NCBI GenBank assembly: GCA_951406725.2
Contig: OX597828.1
Coordinates: 66,030,001-66,094,000 of the forward strand
Length of the DNA stretch: 64,000 nucleotides
Direction of reading: 5' to 3'
From: Octopus vulgaris
Taxonomy: Eukaryota
Part shown: piece after piece, positions 38,287-51,299 of the stretch
Position numbering within the stretch: the first letter of the stretch is position 1
Layout of the letters: the number at the start of each line of letters is the position of its first letter
Made by a program: the position numbers and the translations under genes
The notes under the pieces: generated by a model
The model's database searches: none
What the model was told of the DNA's origin: nothing
What the model saw: only the letters and a program-made list of their open reading frames with translations

Positions 38287-38706
38287 CAGTTCTATACTTG
38301 AGAGGTACATTATTTACATTTGACAGATATCTGTCCTCATCTTGTTTGTTGTTAACACAATGTTTCGGCTGATATACCCTCCAGCCTTCATCGGGTTTCC
38401 TGGGGGAAATTTCAAACCTGGGTTCTCATTCCTAAGGTATTTTTCGATGTTGCTGTTGTTCATTATTTACATTCGACAGATATTTGTCTTCATCTTGTTT
38501 GTTGTTAACACGTTTCAACTGATATACCCTCCAGCCTTCTTCTGTAAATAATGTACAGAATTCCTCATCTCTTAAATATAGAACTGTGTTGCTGTTGTAT
38601 TTATTATTATTATTCAGGTAACTGCCTGGGGCATATGGCATAGTGGTTAAGAGCACGGACTACTAACCCCAAGATTCCAAGTTCGGTTCCAAGCAGTTAC
38701 CTGAAC
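38287..38706. mobile_element. Rearranged copy of the tRNA-head/hammerhead element in the last HMGCR intron
   Basis: Inverted termini CAGTTCTATA../..TATAGAACTG (38287-38586); two minus-strand hammerhead remnants; tRNA-like head at 38628-38706. Confidence 0.8.
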
Positions 38707-39319
38707 TGCAACAGCAACATAATACATAAAATCTTAAACTAATAATTTAGAAGATAATTACTACATTGACCTAGTTCTTTGATGTTTCAAATTTGAGGAT
38801 TTATAAGTAATTTACAAAAATCCTGCAAATTTCTAGTTTCAAATATTTAAGTTCCATACAAAAGTAAAACAAGTTATTGATTATTTAAGAAGCTATCGAA
38901 GCACCTCAGAGATATTTAATTCTCATATTTACTATTTCATACTATAATCATTCAAAAGTGGTTTACACCAAAATCCTTTGTGGTTTTAAATAACAACGAT
39001 AAAGAGGATTTGTACATGCCACAGTAAGTTTAGAAAATGGATCACCATTTATACGGTTCCTCCATTGATTATAGCAGTGAATGAGGTCTTTCTACAACTA
39101 CCAGTACCATGCTATTGAGAATCAGACTTAGTGAATTGTTAGTACAGGAATGAGTAGTTGAACCTTCAGCAAGTGGACTTGTTCTTAATTGATTGATGTA
39201 GATACCTGTAATGTTTTTTTTTAACTAAATAGATCTCCACATCAAAATTTGATTTAGCAAAGTGTCAATTAGTGTTCACAAATAATAAACAAAATCTGCG
39301 ACAAACACTAAATAACACT

Positions 39320-39680
39320 AGGTGCAGGAGTGGCTGTGTGGTAAGTAGCTTGCTTAACAACCACATGGTTCCGGGTTCAGTCCCACTGTGTGGCACCCTG
39401 GGCAAGTGTCTTCTACTATAGTCTCGGGCCGACCAAAGCCTTGTGAGTGGATTTGGTAGACGGAAACCGGAAGAAGCCCATCGTGTATGTGTTTGTCCCC
39501 CCAACATCGCTTGACAACCGATGCTGGTGTGTTTATGTCCCTGTAACTTAGCAGTCCGGTAAAAAGAGACTGATAGAATAAGTACTAGGCTTACAAAGAA
39601 TAAGTCCTGGGGTCGATTTGTTCGACTAAAGGCGGTGCTCCAGCATGGCCACAGTCAAATGACTGAAACAAGTAAAAGGG
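39320..39680 (+). mobile_element. tRNA-derived SINE (GGCGCAGGAGTGGCTGTGTGG family)
   Basis: Near-identical copies at 40990-41395, 43580-43735 and 44490-44645 (-). Confidence 0.85.
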
Positions 39681-39689
39681 TAATCTTAC

Positions 39690-39841
39690 CTGTTATGTCT
39701 CATATGGCTTTTCACTAAATGTCCAGCAGCAAGTGCTGACATTAAGGACAGTTCTCCGGCTAACACAGTACTGCAAACGATTTGTGCAAATGTCGCAGCA
39801 TTCTTCCCTGGTGTTTCATTGGGTCCCTCTACTCCAAGCAT
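39690..39841 (-). CDS. HMGCR: HMGCR exon with catalytic His: MLGVEGP...[22 protein letters not shown](R)
   Basis: AG/GT boundaries, 152 nt, hallmark class I HMGR C-terminus. Confidence 0.97.
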
Positions 39842-42800
39842 CTGTGGTAACAACAAAGAGTAGATATAAGTTAATTTCCACAAAAATCATGTAATAATTG
39901 AAATTAAAATTTCATGAAAGCGATAACCCACAATACACTAATTGCCCTAACATATATATAACACATGCATGAAATTTGACTTGTGACCACCGTTGTTGTT
40001 GCTGCCATCTGTGGTTGTTTTCAGCTGAAGAGGCAGAGAAACTTGCTCAAGGGGAGAGAATCACTGAGTTTTTTTGTTTTTTTTTGTTATAATTATTTTA
40101 TTATGCGAGTAGATATTTCTTTATAATTCATTCTGATTTTATTTTCTTTTGTTTTTTTCATGTTTTGGTTGCCCTAGTAGCTGCAAGTAGATACAGATAA
40201 ATTTATTTTGCCTTAAATTTTGGGGCTTGTCAAAAGTACTGCAACTTGGGATTAAACTATCATCATCATTTAAAATGTTTATATAAGCGATCAACTTTTA
40301 ATGATACCTAAAGGTAAACAAAACAATGTTTTGTCTAAATATAGTGTTAATAAAAAAATTTAAAAAAGTAGGGTATGTGGGTATTTTGAAAATACCTCAC
40401 CAAGTGATGTTTGTGTCCTGCATAGTTATCAGTTGCCTTTTGGCAAGGCATAGCACCCGTTTAGCCCACCCTGGATAGGTAAAGTCATGGGACTGCAACA
40501 TGGTGGATTGTCGAGAGGTAGTAGAAGAGCTCAAATGAGCCAATTGTGCTTCTTACATTGATGCTGAGTGGGGTAATCCTAGAAGATGAATGGTCAAGGG
40601 CATCAATCTCTATCAAGAGAGTAACTGTAATGCATCCATAGAGGGTGGTGGCCATGGTTGTGTAATACACTATTGAAAGATTCATCACGAGTCAAGCTTC
40701 CAATTCAGATTCATAATAATGGAATTGGATAGCAACAGAGAGTCATGAGAATCCGTAAAAGCAGCAAATGCAAAAAGAACTTGCCTTTCGTTACCAAACT
40801 GGCTCTGGCTCTGTAGTATAAATGTCTTGTTTTCATAAGTTTCGAATTAAAATCTTCCACCAAACCTTAGTCACAATTTATGTTCCTAACACTAGCTGAA
40901 TGATAACTAAATTATTTTACCAAATTCTTTGTTACATCTAAAGTAATTAAGATAAACACTGAACATCTCAAAATAAATACAGTAAATATAGGCACAGGAG
41001 TGGCTGTGTGGTAAGTAGCTTGCTAACCAATCACATGGTTCCGGGTTCAGTCCCACTGCGTGGCATCTTGGGCAAGTGTCTTCTGCTATAGCCCCAGGCT
41101 GACCAATGCCTTGTGAGTGGATTTGGTAGACGGAAACTGAAAGAAGCCTGTCGTATATATGTATATATATATGTATGTATGTGTGTGTGTGTGTTTGTGT
41201 GTCCCCCTAGCATTGCTTGACAACCGATGCTGGTGTGTTTACGTCCCCGTTACTTAGCGGTTCGGCAAAAGAGACCGATAGAATAAGTACTGGGCTTACA
41301 AAGAATAAGTCCTGGGGTCGATTTGCTCGACTAAAGGCGGTGCTCCAGCATGGCCGCAGTCAAATGACTGAAACAAGTAAAAGAGTAAAGAGTAACGAAA
41401 GGGTTAAGTAACGGGATCATAAACAGAGAGACTTTTACGTTTGAGATTTTAAAGATCTGTCTGTGGCAAGAGAGACGGAGACCTGATGATCTATTACAAT
41501 ATACACAATGATAAAGATAAAGTATAACTACAGACATTACTGTAAAATAGGCTTATTTTAATATTTAATTCCTTTATTATTGCTACAGTTTACTTATTAT
41601 CATTGGAAGCTGACAGAATCGTTTGTGCACCAGACAAAATGCTTAGCAACATTTTGTTCGTTTTTACACCGTGAGTTCAAATTCTGCCAAGGCCAGATTG
41701 AATAGCTCCCTCCTTCAAAATTACAGGCCTTGTGCCTATTTTAGAAAGGATTATTGGGAGTTCGTGTGAAGTTGTATTGAGCTCATGTTGTCAAGACATT
41801 TCTGACGTCACACAATTTGTGTGTGTGCCTGTGTATTTAATATACTTCTACTGTTGATAATGATAAGCTATCAGGCCAGTCTTAATCAAGCAGTCACACA
41901 ATCAATTGTTTCCCAGCCATGTTCCCCTTTGACACAGTACATGTAACACCATATTATCTAATATTTATTTTATTTTATGGCACACAAAAAGCACCCACTG
42001 AACTCACGGAGTGGATGGCGTTAGGAAGGGTATCCAGCTGTAGAAACACCGCCAGATCAGACTGGAGCCTGGTGCAGCCTTCTGGCTTCCCAGAACCGGG
42101 TCAAACCGTCCAACCCGTGCTAGCATGGAAAGCGGACGTTAAACGATGATAGTTAGGTGAAATATGGAGGACATTTAGCTGCTTTTCTTGCAGGTCAAGC
42201 CACCACATAGAGACTCTTTTATTAGTTTGTATTTTGGCTACGCTTAGTGGAAGGTGGTGACAGTACAATGGAATAAATTTACTCTTTTCTTCATGTACTA
42301 TTTTTGTGTGATGCTATTTAACATCCATTTTCCATGCCATGTGAGGAGATGCTAGCATCAACTCCAAGATTAGGTATTACTTTCTACCAAGATGCTGCAT
42401 GCCAGATATACTGACAAAGGATCATATCAGATACAATGATAGAGGATTATATTAAATATATTGGTTTCAAATTTTGGCACAAGGCCGGCAGTGATCAACT
42501 GATACTTATTTCATCAACCCCGAAAGGATGTAGGGCAAAATCAACCCCAGTGGAATTTGAACTCAGAGCATTTTGCCTGACATGCTAACGGTTCTGCCAG
42601 TTCGTCACCTTAATTATAACAAATATATTGACAAAGAGAATCATGCCAGATATACTGAGGCAGTGAGACAGAAGTTCAAGTCAGATATATTGACAGAGAA
42701 TATCAGATCAGATATCCTCACTGAGAGACTTGAGTCAGACATAGACGGAGAGGATTGTGTTAGATAAGGGTTGCTGAAGCATGGAACAGACTGCCGGCAT

Positions 42801-43055
42801 CAGTTGTTAGTTGTCGGAGCACTGCATCCTTCAAAACTTCCAGGCTTCCTGAGATTCGCCAACACTACACCTGATTTTCTCCCCTCCATACACACGCAAG
42901 CATGTATCTGACTCATACACCGTTCACTTCCCAGACATTTGTACATGACAAGTTGTGGTGCACCTGAGCACTGTATACAATAATTTCATTATATTATATA
43001 TATATTTGTTACTTTTAAAATCATAAATTTATTAAATAGAAAGGTTGCTACTTAC

Positions 43056-43214
43056 TTTTAAGCATGCAGCTTGCGGCTGTAGTCTTGTTCCCCCACCAAC
43101 TGTCCCAAGTTCCAGTGAAGGCATTGTACAACTGATATAAAGATCAGAATTGTTGTCCCCTGTTGCTTCCATTAATGTTATACAATTAGAACTAGACACA
43201 TTTTCTGCTGGGTC
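43056..43214 (-). CDS. HMGCR: HMGCR exon with catalytic Asp and GTVGGG: [13 protein letters not shown]...QAACLK
   Basis: AG/GT boundaries, 159 nt, phase 0-0. Confidence 0.97.
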
Positions 43215-43272
43215 CTGAGGATAGAATAATAGCAGAATTATTTCAAATTCCTGTTGGTAGACATAATAATGG

Positions 43273-43305
<33 letters not shown>

Positions 43306-44417
43306 GCTGTTTATGCAATTTTATAATTGTATCACAAAGGAAAGAAGGAAGGATTGATAGTTAGATATGCTAACCCTGAAATTATATTTGTGACTGAGAA
43401 GTTGACTTTTGTTATTTTAGTTTAAAAACAAATCTTAATCACCAATATTTATTATGTCAAAAATTAAATAATCTTCTCATTCAACTTGGTAACTGGATGT
43501 GATTTTTGTCAGCATCGTAGTGTATATTGAGATATTTTTAAATTTCATGGATAGCTGAAATATCTTTAATAAGATATATAGGCACAGGAGTGGCTGTGTG
43601 GTAAGTAGCTTGCTTACCAACCACATGGTTCCGGGTTCAGTTCCACTGCGTGGCACCTTGGGCAAGTGTCTTCTACTATAGCCTTGGGCCGACCAAAACC
43701 TTGGGAGTGGATTTGGTAGACGGAAACTGAAATGTCTCACACATATGTAAGGACAAAAGTAAAGCTACTAAGTTGGAGTTTGAAACCCAATCCAACGCCA
43801 GATACGATTGAGTATTGTTATATGTGTAACATCTCCGCACAATCATCAGACACAAACCACATAAGGAAATAAAAGCTGAATAACAGAAGAAACGCGATCA
43901 GTCAAGTAGGAAGTATATAGAAAACGAAAAAGTGCATCTGAACACTGTATACAATAATTTTATTATAAATAAATGGAAAGGTAAGAGTTATCTCCCTTAG
44001 ATCTTAAAACACGCTCTCTCTCTCTCATATACATCGTGGCACTCCGTCGGTTACAACGACGAGGGTTCCAGTTGATCCAATTAACGGAACAGTCTGCTCG
44101 TGAAATTAACGTGCAAGTGGCTGAACACTCCACAGACACGTGTACCCTTAACGTAGTTCCCGGGGGGGGGGGAGAGATTCAGCGTGACACAAAGTGTGAC
44201 AAGGCTGGCTTTTTGAAATACAAGTACAACAGAAACAGAAAGAATGAGTGAGAGAAAGTTGTGGTGAAAGAATACAGCAGGGTTCGCCACCATCCCCTGC
44301 CAGAGCTTTGTGGAGCTTTAAATGTTTTCGCTCAATAAACACTCACAACGCCTGGTCTGCGAATCGAAACCGCAATCCTATGACCGCGAGAACCACTGGG
44401 CCATTGCACCTCCACCA

Positions 44418-44448
<31 letters not shown>

Positions 44449-44848
44449 ATCTATATATATATATATATATACACACGCACACATACATAATGGGCTTCTT
44501 TCAGTTTCCATCTACCAAATCCACTCACAAGGCTTTGATCTGCTTGAATTTATAGTAGAAGACTTTTGCCCAAGTTGACACGCAGTGGGACTGAACCCAG
44601 AACCATGTGGCTGGGCAGCAAGCTTCTTACCACACAGCCACACCTGTACCTAAAATATTTTTTTAAAGACACCACATTTTTGAGAATATTGTTGAGAAAG
44701 ACGACAAGTTGGTTCAAATTGATGCTATTTCATTTGGTTTGCTTGCCTGCAGGTAAACTGTCAGTGAAGATGTTGCTGTAAATGTCTGGGATTAAAGCAC
44801 AGGTTTAACATGAAGACTAGTTAGGAGATTAATGACTATAAGACTTAC

Positions 44849-45053
44849 TTGGCCAGTAGCAATATATACAGCAGTAACGATGTTGGCAGAATGAGCATTG
44901 AAGCCTCCCTGTGTACCCGCCATAGCTGAACCAACCAGATTTTTAGCAATATTCAGGTCAACTAATGCAGGCACACTGATTTTAAGAACTTCTCGTACAA
45001 CCTTGCCAGGAATTACTGCTTCAGCCACCACACTTTTGCCTCGACCATTAACC
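44849..45053 (-). CDS. HMGCR: HMGCR exon: (W)[12 protein letters not shown]...[20 protein letters not shown]
   Basis: AG/GT boundaries, 205 nt, phase 2-0. Confidence 0.97.
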
Positions 45054-46206
45054 CTGTATAAATAGAGAAAAAAAAGGTTAAACTGAATGTTAATGGTTTT
45101 GTGTACTGATTTTTAAAAATAATAAATGATTACTTACAGAAGTCATCATCATTTAACATCCGCTTTCCATGCTAGCATGGGTTGGACAATTTGACTGAGG
45201 TCTGGTGAACCAGACTCCAATCTGATCTGGCAGAGTTTCTACAGCTGGATGCCCTTCCTAATGCCAACCACTCCGAGAGTGTAGAAGTAATTACAGAAAT
45301 AGCAAATAATTGGAACTATATAATATTGGTTTCAAATTTTGACACAAGGCCAGTAATTTCGAGATGGGTGGAGTATAAGTCGATTACTTCAACCTCAGTG
45401 CTCAACTGGTACTTATTCTATCGACCCCGAAAGGATGAAAGGCAAAGTTGACCTCAGCGAGGACCATATAAAATTTAAATATCTATAATTGAGATTTGGT
45501 TTCAAAACTATAAAGCATTAAACTATTTCTTAGTTTCCAGTTTTCTTGAAACAATGAAACTAAGATTTCATGATTATGCAACCAGTATATTTTAATACTA
45601 TAAAGCTCCAGATAATAAAACCAACAGAATTAAAAGTAGTCATTATAAAATTCTAAATCTTTTCAGTAATTGCATTGACTCAGCATGCCCACCACCACAT
45701 ACTACATTCTTCGCAGTCAGTGGGATAAATGTTGGAAACTCAAAAAAATTCAGACAATTCTGAAAGATATTAAATAATTCCTGCTATCCATATTATAAAC
45801 TTTTCTACTTTAATAACATTCAAGAACAAACCAAGATATGTTTAATTCCCTGGGAAGATCAATCAACCAATAAAGAAAACTAACCAAAACTGTAGATATA
45901 AAAAAAAAAGAAAGGGCATGACATGTTATCCTAATAAATGATTGGTCAAAGCACACCTGTTCAGGACAGCCAGGATCCACTATATATGGGACCCACATCT
46001 GTTAAAAACTCTTTTCTCAAAACAGAACCTTCAGACAAGCTAGACAATTATTGTGAGCACTATAATTTTAATATTGCAAAATAAGAAAGTATTTGTCAAT
46101 GAGGATTGAAGTTTTTTGAGAAATATTTATTCAGGCAACATGGAAACTAATTTTGTAGTGAAGGACCAACAACAGAGAGAAAGGAGTAATAGAAATACTG
46201 ACTTAC

Positions 46207-46313
46207 CAATTAATAGCAGCACATTTCTTATCTGTACAATAATTACCACTAACACTCATAATTTCCATGTTAGGAAACTTGTCTTGCAATACTCTAAGAG
46301 CATTTTCCACTCC
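46207..46313 (-). CDS. HMGCR: HMGCR exon with cis-loop and catalytic Lys: GVENAL...[14 protein letters not shown](W)
   Basis: AG/GT boundaries, 107 nt, phase 0-2. Confidence 0.96.
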
Positions 46314-46559
46314 CTGAAAAATAAGCAAAACATCTTATGAAGAACTAAAAAAAATTTTTCTTTTTGATATGAATAATAAGCAAAATTAAACCCACTTCAG
46401 AAAAGAAAACAAAAAACAAAACAATAGAAAGTAACCAACTGTGATAATTTCTAAATTGTGAATAAGAAATGGTTATCAGATATTTAGAAAAGTTATTTAT
46501 ATCTGATGAAATATTCATGCTTATGTTCAATATACAAACTCCACTTATGTTTGATTTTC

Positions 46560-46910
46560 AAACTCCACCTGTCTAACACCCGTGGACATGTTTACAAAGT
46601 CAGAAAACAGCACCGCTCCCATGACTTTCGGAAACATTTTTTCACGCTGAGAGTTGCTGAAGCATGGAACAAACTGCCGGCATCAATTGTTAGTTGTCGG
46701 AGCACTGCATCCTTCAAAACTTCCATGCTTCCTGAGATTCGCCAACACTACACCTGATTTTCCCCCCTCCATACACACGCAAGCATGTATCTGACTCATA
46801 CATTGTTCACTTCCCAGACATTTATACATTACTGCATATACTCTATACGCACTTTTGACAAGTTGTAGCGCACCTGAGCACTGTATACAATGATTTCATT
46901 ATTATTATTA
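46560..46910 (+). mobile_element. CR1-type LINE 3' end (ORF2 tail and UTR)
   Basis: TRGHVYK..RKHFFTLRVAEAWNKLP..FK; (ATT)n tail. Confidence 0.85.
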
Positions 46911-46943
46911 TCCATTCAAATGTGATGTTTTAAAAAATATCAC

Positions 46944-47049
46944 CTTAGAAAGCATATTCATTCCCATGGCGTCACCTGTTGTAGCTACAAATCGAATAAA
47001 TAAGTATCTTCCAGCTAGATTTGCTTGCAAGCTAGTTAAATTAGCAAAA
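46944..47049 (-). CDS. HMGCR: HMGCR exon with NADPH-binding motif: (R)FANL...[12 protein letters not shown]
   Basis: AG/GT boundaries, 106 nt, phase 2-0. Confidence 0.97.
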
Positions 47050-47157
47050 CTGAAATAAGAAAGAAAATCTGTTAATAGTCTATATAATGATACAGGACTA
47101 AAAATTATAAAAACAATTTAGGTGTTCATTAAATGTTAAACAGCAAACGTGGCTTTT

Positions 47158-47398
47158 AGCTGTTCCATTAGATGTGAAACATGTAGCTGTGACTCTCAGC
47201 TGTTCCATTAGATGTGAAACATGTAGCTGTGACTCTCAGCTGTTCCATTAGATGTGAAACATGTAGCTGTGACTCTCAGCTGTTCCATTAGATGTGAAAC
47301 ATGTAGCTGTGACTCAGCTGTTCCATTAGATGTGAAACATGTAGCTGTGACTCTCAGCTGTTCCATTAGATGTGAAACATGTAGCTGTGACACATGGC
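47158..47398. repeat. 40-bp minisatellite, six near-identical copies, intronic
   Basis: Unit TGTTCCATTAGATGTGAAACATGTAGCTGTGACTCTCAGC; one copy is 38 bp. Confidence 0.97.
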
Positions 47399-47585
47399 TG
47401 TTCACTAAATGTTAAACAAATTATCAACAAGACTCAACTGTTAATTTAATGTGACCTGAATTATAGGAATTGCTCAGCTGTTAATTAAACACAACACAAA
47501 TTATTGTAACTGCTCAATTTCTCAGTAAATGTGAGAGTAAAGACTCAGCTTTCATTAATTGTGACGCATAAATTAAAATCCTCAC

Positions 47586-47657
47586 CGACTAGTTTCATTA
47601 AATTTCTTTTGAACAAAGTGGAATGCTTCTTTTTCATTGAGCCAAAGTTTTAATTTC
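47586..47657 (-). CDS. HMGCR: HMGCR exon: (M)KLKLWLNEKEAFHFVQKKFNETS(R)
   Basis: AG/GT boundaries, 72 nt, phase 2-2. Confidence 0.92.
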
Positions 47658-49439
47658 CTGCAGTAACAAAAAAACAAAAAAAAAAAAATCATTTCCATAA
47701 AAAATCACAATAAACAATAACCTAAGTCAAGGAGATTTTAAAATAAAACAATGTATTTTTATAAGAGGGAGGAAGGGAAGTAACTACTTGGTCTCCTTGG
47801 CTGTACCTCACTCAGTTCATCATCATCATCATCATCGTTTAATGGCCGTTTTCCATGCTAGCACAGGTTGGATGATTCGATCGGGGTCAGGGAAGCCAGA
47901 AGGCTGCACCAGGCTCCAGTCTGCTTTGGCAGTGTTTCTACAGCCGGATGCCCTTCCTAACGCCAACCACTCCGTGAGTGTAGTGGGTGCTTTTTACATG
48001 CCAGGGGAGGCTGGCAACGGCCACGATCAGTTGGTGCTTTTTACATGCCACCGGCACGGAAGCCAGTCAAGGCGGCACTGGCATCGACTGGGTATGGATG
48101 GTGCTTTTTACATGCCACCGACACAGGTGCCAGGCAAGGCTGGCAACAGCTATGATCAGTTGGTGCTTTTTACATGCCACCGGCATGGAAGCCAGTCAAG
48201 GTGGCACTGGCATAGAATTAAATGAAGTGCAGTACATACGGGTGCAAGACCACTGACTACAAAGATCATCATCATCCTTTAATGTTCATTTTCCATGCTG
48301 GCATGGGTTTGATGGTTTGACCAGAGCTGACAAGCTGGAGAGCTGCACCATTTGGCTTGGTTTCTACAGCTGGATGTCCTTCCTAATGCCAACCACTTGA
48401 CAGTGTGTGCTGGGTGCTTCTTACATGGCACAGGACTCTTGCAGGCCAAGCCTCTTTTCACGTAGGATGTGACCTTAATACTTCAGCAGACAAGGATGGG
48501 TTTTCTTGAATACAACAAAGCACCAGGTATCTTGAGATATCACTGAAAACTCTGCTTAGCTATGGAAATGTACTTCAGTGTAAAACTGTGCCAATCTCAC
48601 TTTCGATGAGTTAACAATGTGAAAGGTACCCAGCTGTGAAACTACATGCTCCAATAATTTATGTATTTTCAACATTTCTAAAACAAAACAGTGATGTTAA
48701 CTTGAAAGAAAGACGAACAAATAATTGACAGAACTGGTCCGGTTTTTGTTTATAGCAAACACTCATGAGTGATTCTTTTATTTCGAATTAGAAGAGAAAC
48801 CAACCATGTTAGTTTGTTTCAAGATATGTGGGACAATGGTGTGGTGTAGACTTATCTAAACTATGCCAGTGTAAAAAAGTGAATGTAACATCATTAACAA
48901 TGACAGTAGAAATGATTGTGATGACGCCAATGTAGGGTATTATATTAGCGCAAGTAATGTAATACTTCATCTGGTATTAGATCTGTATGTAAGAGTTTCA
49001 AAAATGAAGTTATGCTTCGTTTTTGAATCTAGCAAAGCTTTTAAGTGATACACAAGCATTCAAATATGAGTGTAAGCTAACGAAGTTCGTCACTTAATTT
49101 CTTGTTTCCCAGTCATTTATATAATTTCTTATTACACTCTTTACTTGACAAACATTTTTTTCTGAAGCATATGTATATCGAGTTCTAATATCAGGTTAAT
49201 TAGTATTGCTTTGTCTAAGCAAAATATTAAGATATATATATAAGAATTGTGATTTCAAATTAGCTAACTAATGTTTGTAACTCTATGCAGTGGGATTGAA
49301 CCCAGAACCAAGTACTTGAGAATCAAGCTTTAACTACATAGCCACTCATACACCTGTGTGTGTGTGCGCGCACACGCTCTAGCATGGCCACAGTCCTTGG
49401 ACTGAAACATATAAAAGAATATATATATACACACACACA

Positions 49440-49557
49440 CGAGGTGGTGCTGAAAAGTTCCTGGCTTTGGGTAGAAGAAAAATACAGGATGATCAGTTAA
49501 ATTATGATTTTATTCAACATATTCCCCTCTCAGATTCACACACTTATTGCAGCGGTC
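49440..49557. mobile_element. Mariner-like terminal fragment
   Basis: CGAGGTGGTGCTGAAAAGTTCCTGGCT terminus, abutting a truncated Helitron. Confidence 0.5.
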
Positions 49558-49874
49558 CATAGTGCTAGTGCATGCGCACATACACGCGAGTACTGTCCAA
49601 ATCTCCGACCAATCACATACAGCTAGCTGGCATTCAATAGGCGTATCAAGTTTCGGGTATTTTGATTGGGTTTTGGATGGAAAATTCACAAAAAAGTAAC
49701 TTCTATTGATTTTTTAATGGCTTTGCAGGGTGACTGAGGAAATGTAAAGATGTGCACGACCACCCTTGGACGGTTTTGAATGACCATAGAAAGTGTGAGC
49801 CCTCTAACTGAAAAAATTGTGGATTTGTATAAAGGACACACACACAGACATTTTGCCGTTTATATACATAGAGA
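49558..49874 (-). mobile_element. Helitron-like copy, 3'-truncated
   Basis: Reverse complement of 914-1266; starts 8 nt into an HMGCR intron. Confidence 0.8.
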
Positions 49875-49882
49875 TTACTTAC

Positions 49883-49968
49883 ATGCATTCTTCCGCCGTT
49901 GGGAACCGTACAACCGGACCCCTTGTCATACCATCACTTAAGAGGAAGCTGCGTACACCACCACTTTT
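49883..49968 (-). CDS. HMGCR: HMGCR exon: KSGGVRSFLLSDGMTRGPVVRFPTAEEC
   Basis: AG/GT boundaries, 86 nt, phase 0-2, DGMTRGP motif. Confidence 0.96.
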
Positions 49969-50760
49969 CTGATTTTACGGAATGGAAACATTACTCATTA
50001 TGTTATAGGTGACAGCAATTAAACATAGAAGAAAGAGTTAACCCTTCAGTATTCAGATTATTCTGTCAAATATAATGTTTGTTTGTTTATATTATCTTGT
50101 AGTTTAGAGATTTTGCTGATGTGATTGTTTAGTTTTAGAATGACATTGTAAGGGTGATGTGAAAGACCAGATCTGGCCCGTTTCAATATAAAACCGGTTA
50201 AATATTTTGGCTGGTTTGAATGCTAAAGGGTTAAACAAGATTAATATTACAGAGAATAGAAGTGTGGTATCAAAGTCTAATAACACAAGTCACTAAAACT
50301 AAATTAGAAAGCTGAGCATTGGTTCAATTCGTCAAGAATTTACTGATTTTGACTGAATTGGTTTAATTTTGCAAACTTGTAGAGTATGGTTTCAATAAAA
50401 TAAATACCAGTGAAGCATCTGGATAAAGAGTAGGAACTTATCAGAAATAGTAATAACATATGTCTTATAACAGACTGGAAATAATGAGTCTTCAAGTTAC
50501 CCAAAACTCTAGCTACTTATTTTCCCTATTTGATGAGTTGATGCAAAAAGGGTAAAATTAAGAGATTATAAGTAAACAGTGCAAGTGTTTCTGGTTTTAA
50601 TATATCTACAAGTACAAAATTTAAAGAGTAAGAATAAAAAAATTTGTAATTTTATGGCTAGAAGAGTAATTGGAGAGAGCTTACATGAATAATTAATAAT
50701 TTGATACAAATCAGTACAAAAAGCAGAATAAACCAGAATTTATCAGATAAATATATTTAC

Positions 50761-50919
50761 CTTCAAAGCTGTGCAACCTCTGTTGGTGCTAGCAACTAAA
50801 CAGCCTTCGGTAGTGGCCATGGGAACATAATAGTCTTTACTATTCATAAATAATGGACCTACTACACCAACAGGGACAGGGACATAACCAATGACATTTT
50901 CACAACATGCTCCATAAAC
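50761..50919 (-). CDS. HMGCR: HMGCR exon with ENVIG and catalytic Glu: [12 protein letters not shown]...[21 protein letters not shown]
   Basis: AG/GT boundaries, 159 nt, phase 0-0. Confidence 0.98.
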
Positions 50920-51075
50920 CTACAATGAAAAATTCAATAGATTTTGAGAGGAATAAGGGCACGATGAGTTTTGAGAAAATGAAACAATAAAAAGAAAAAA
51001 GAGAAACATGTATTTCTATATATTTATATGTATATTTTTTTAGATGTGGAGGGATAAGAGAGATTAAAAACTCAC

Positions 51076-51154
51076 AGCAGAATAATCATAGTTCTTAAAA
51101 GGAAGCTTTTCCATCACACTTTTGTCAGTTAAGTTTTCATCAATAAGTCCCCTC
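51076..51154 (-). CDS. HMGCR: HMGCR exon: (R)RGLIDENLTDKSVMEKLPFKNYDYSA
   Basis: AG/GT boundaries, 79 nt, phase 2-0. Confidence 0.93.
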
Positions 51155-51299
51155 CTGAAAAGTCAAGAAAGCAACCAATATAAATAAATACTAACATAGT
51201 AGTGAATAATAGCACAAAATAGATATCTAGCCCAACTTGTAGCTACTGTAATAGATTGGAGTTTGAAAATGTACAAGTGCTTTAGTAGACAACAAATAA

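Noticed and set aside
39166-39205. Alternative HMGCR last exon (R)YLHQSIKNKSTC*
   Set aside because: The AG is preceded by an A-run rather than a pyrimidine tract; 38181 is a much better acceptor. It would also lack the AMPK Ser
47158-47398. Possible CRISPR array
   Set aside because: Units are contiguous with no unique spacers; eukaryotic intron; no cas genes
48970-49050. Minus-strand HLKALLDSKTKHNFIF...SNTR, loosely like the 47586-47657 exon (possible mutually exclusive exon)
   Set aside because: No proper acceptor or GT donor; similarity is at chance level
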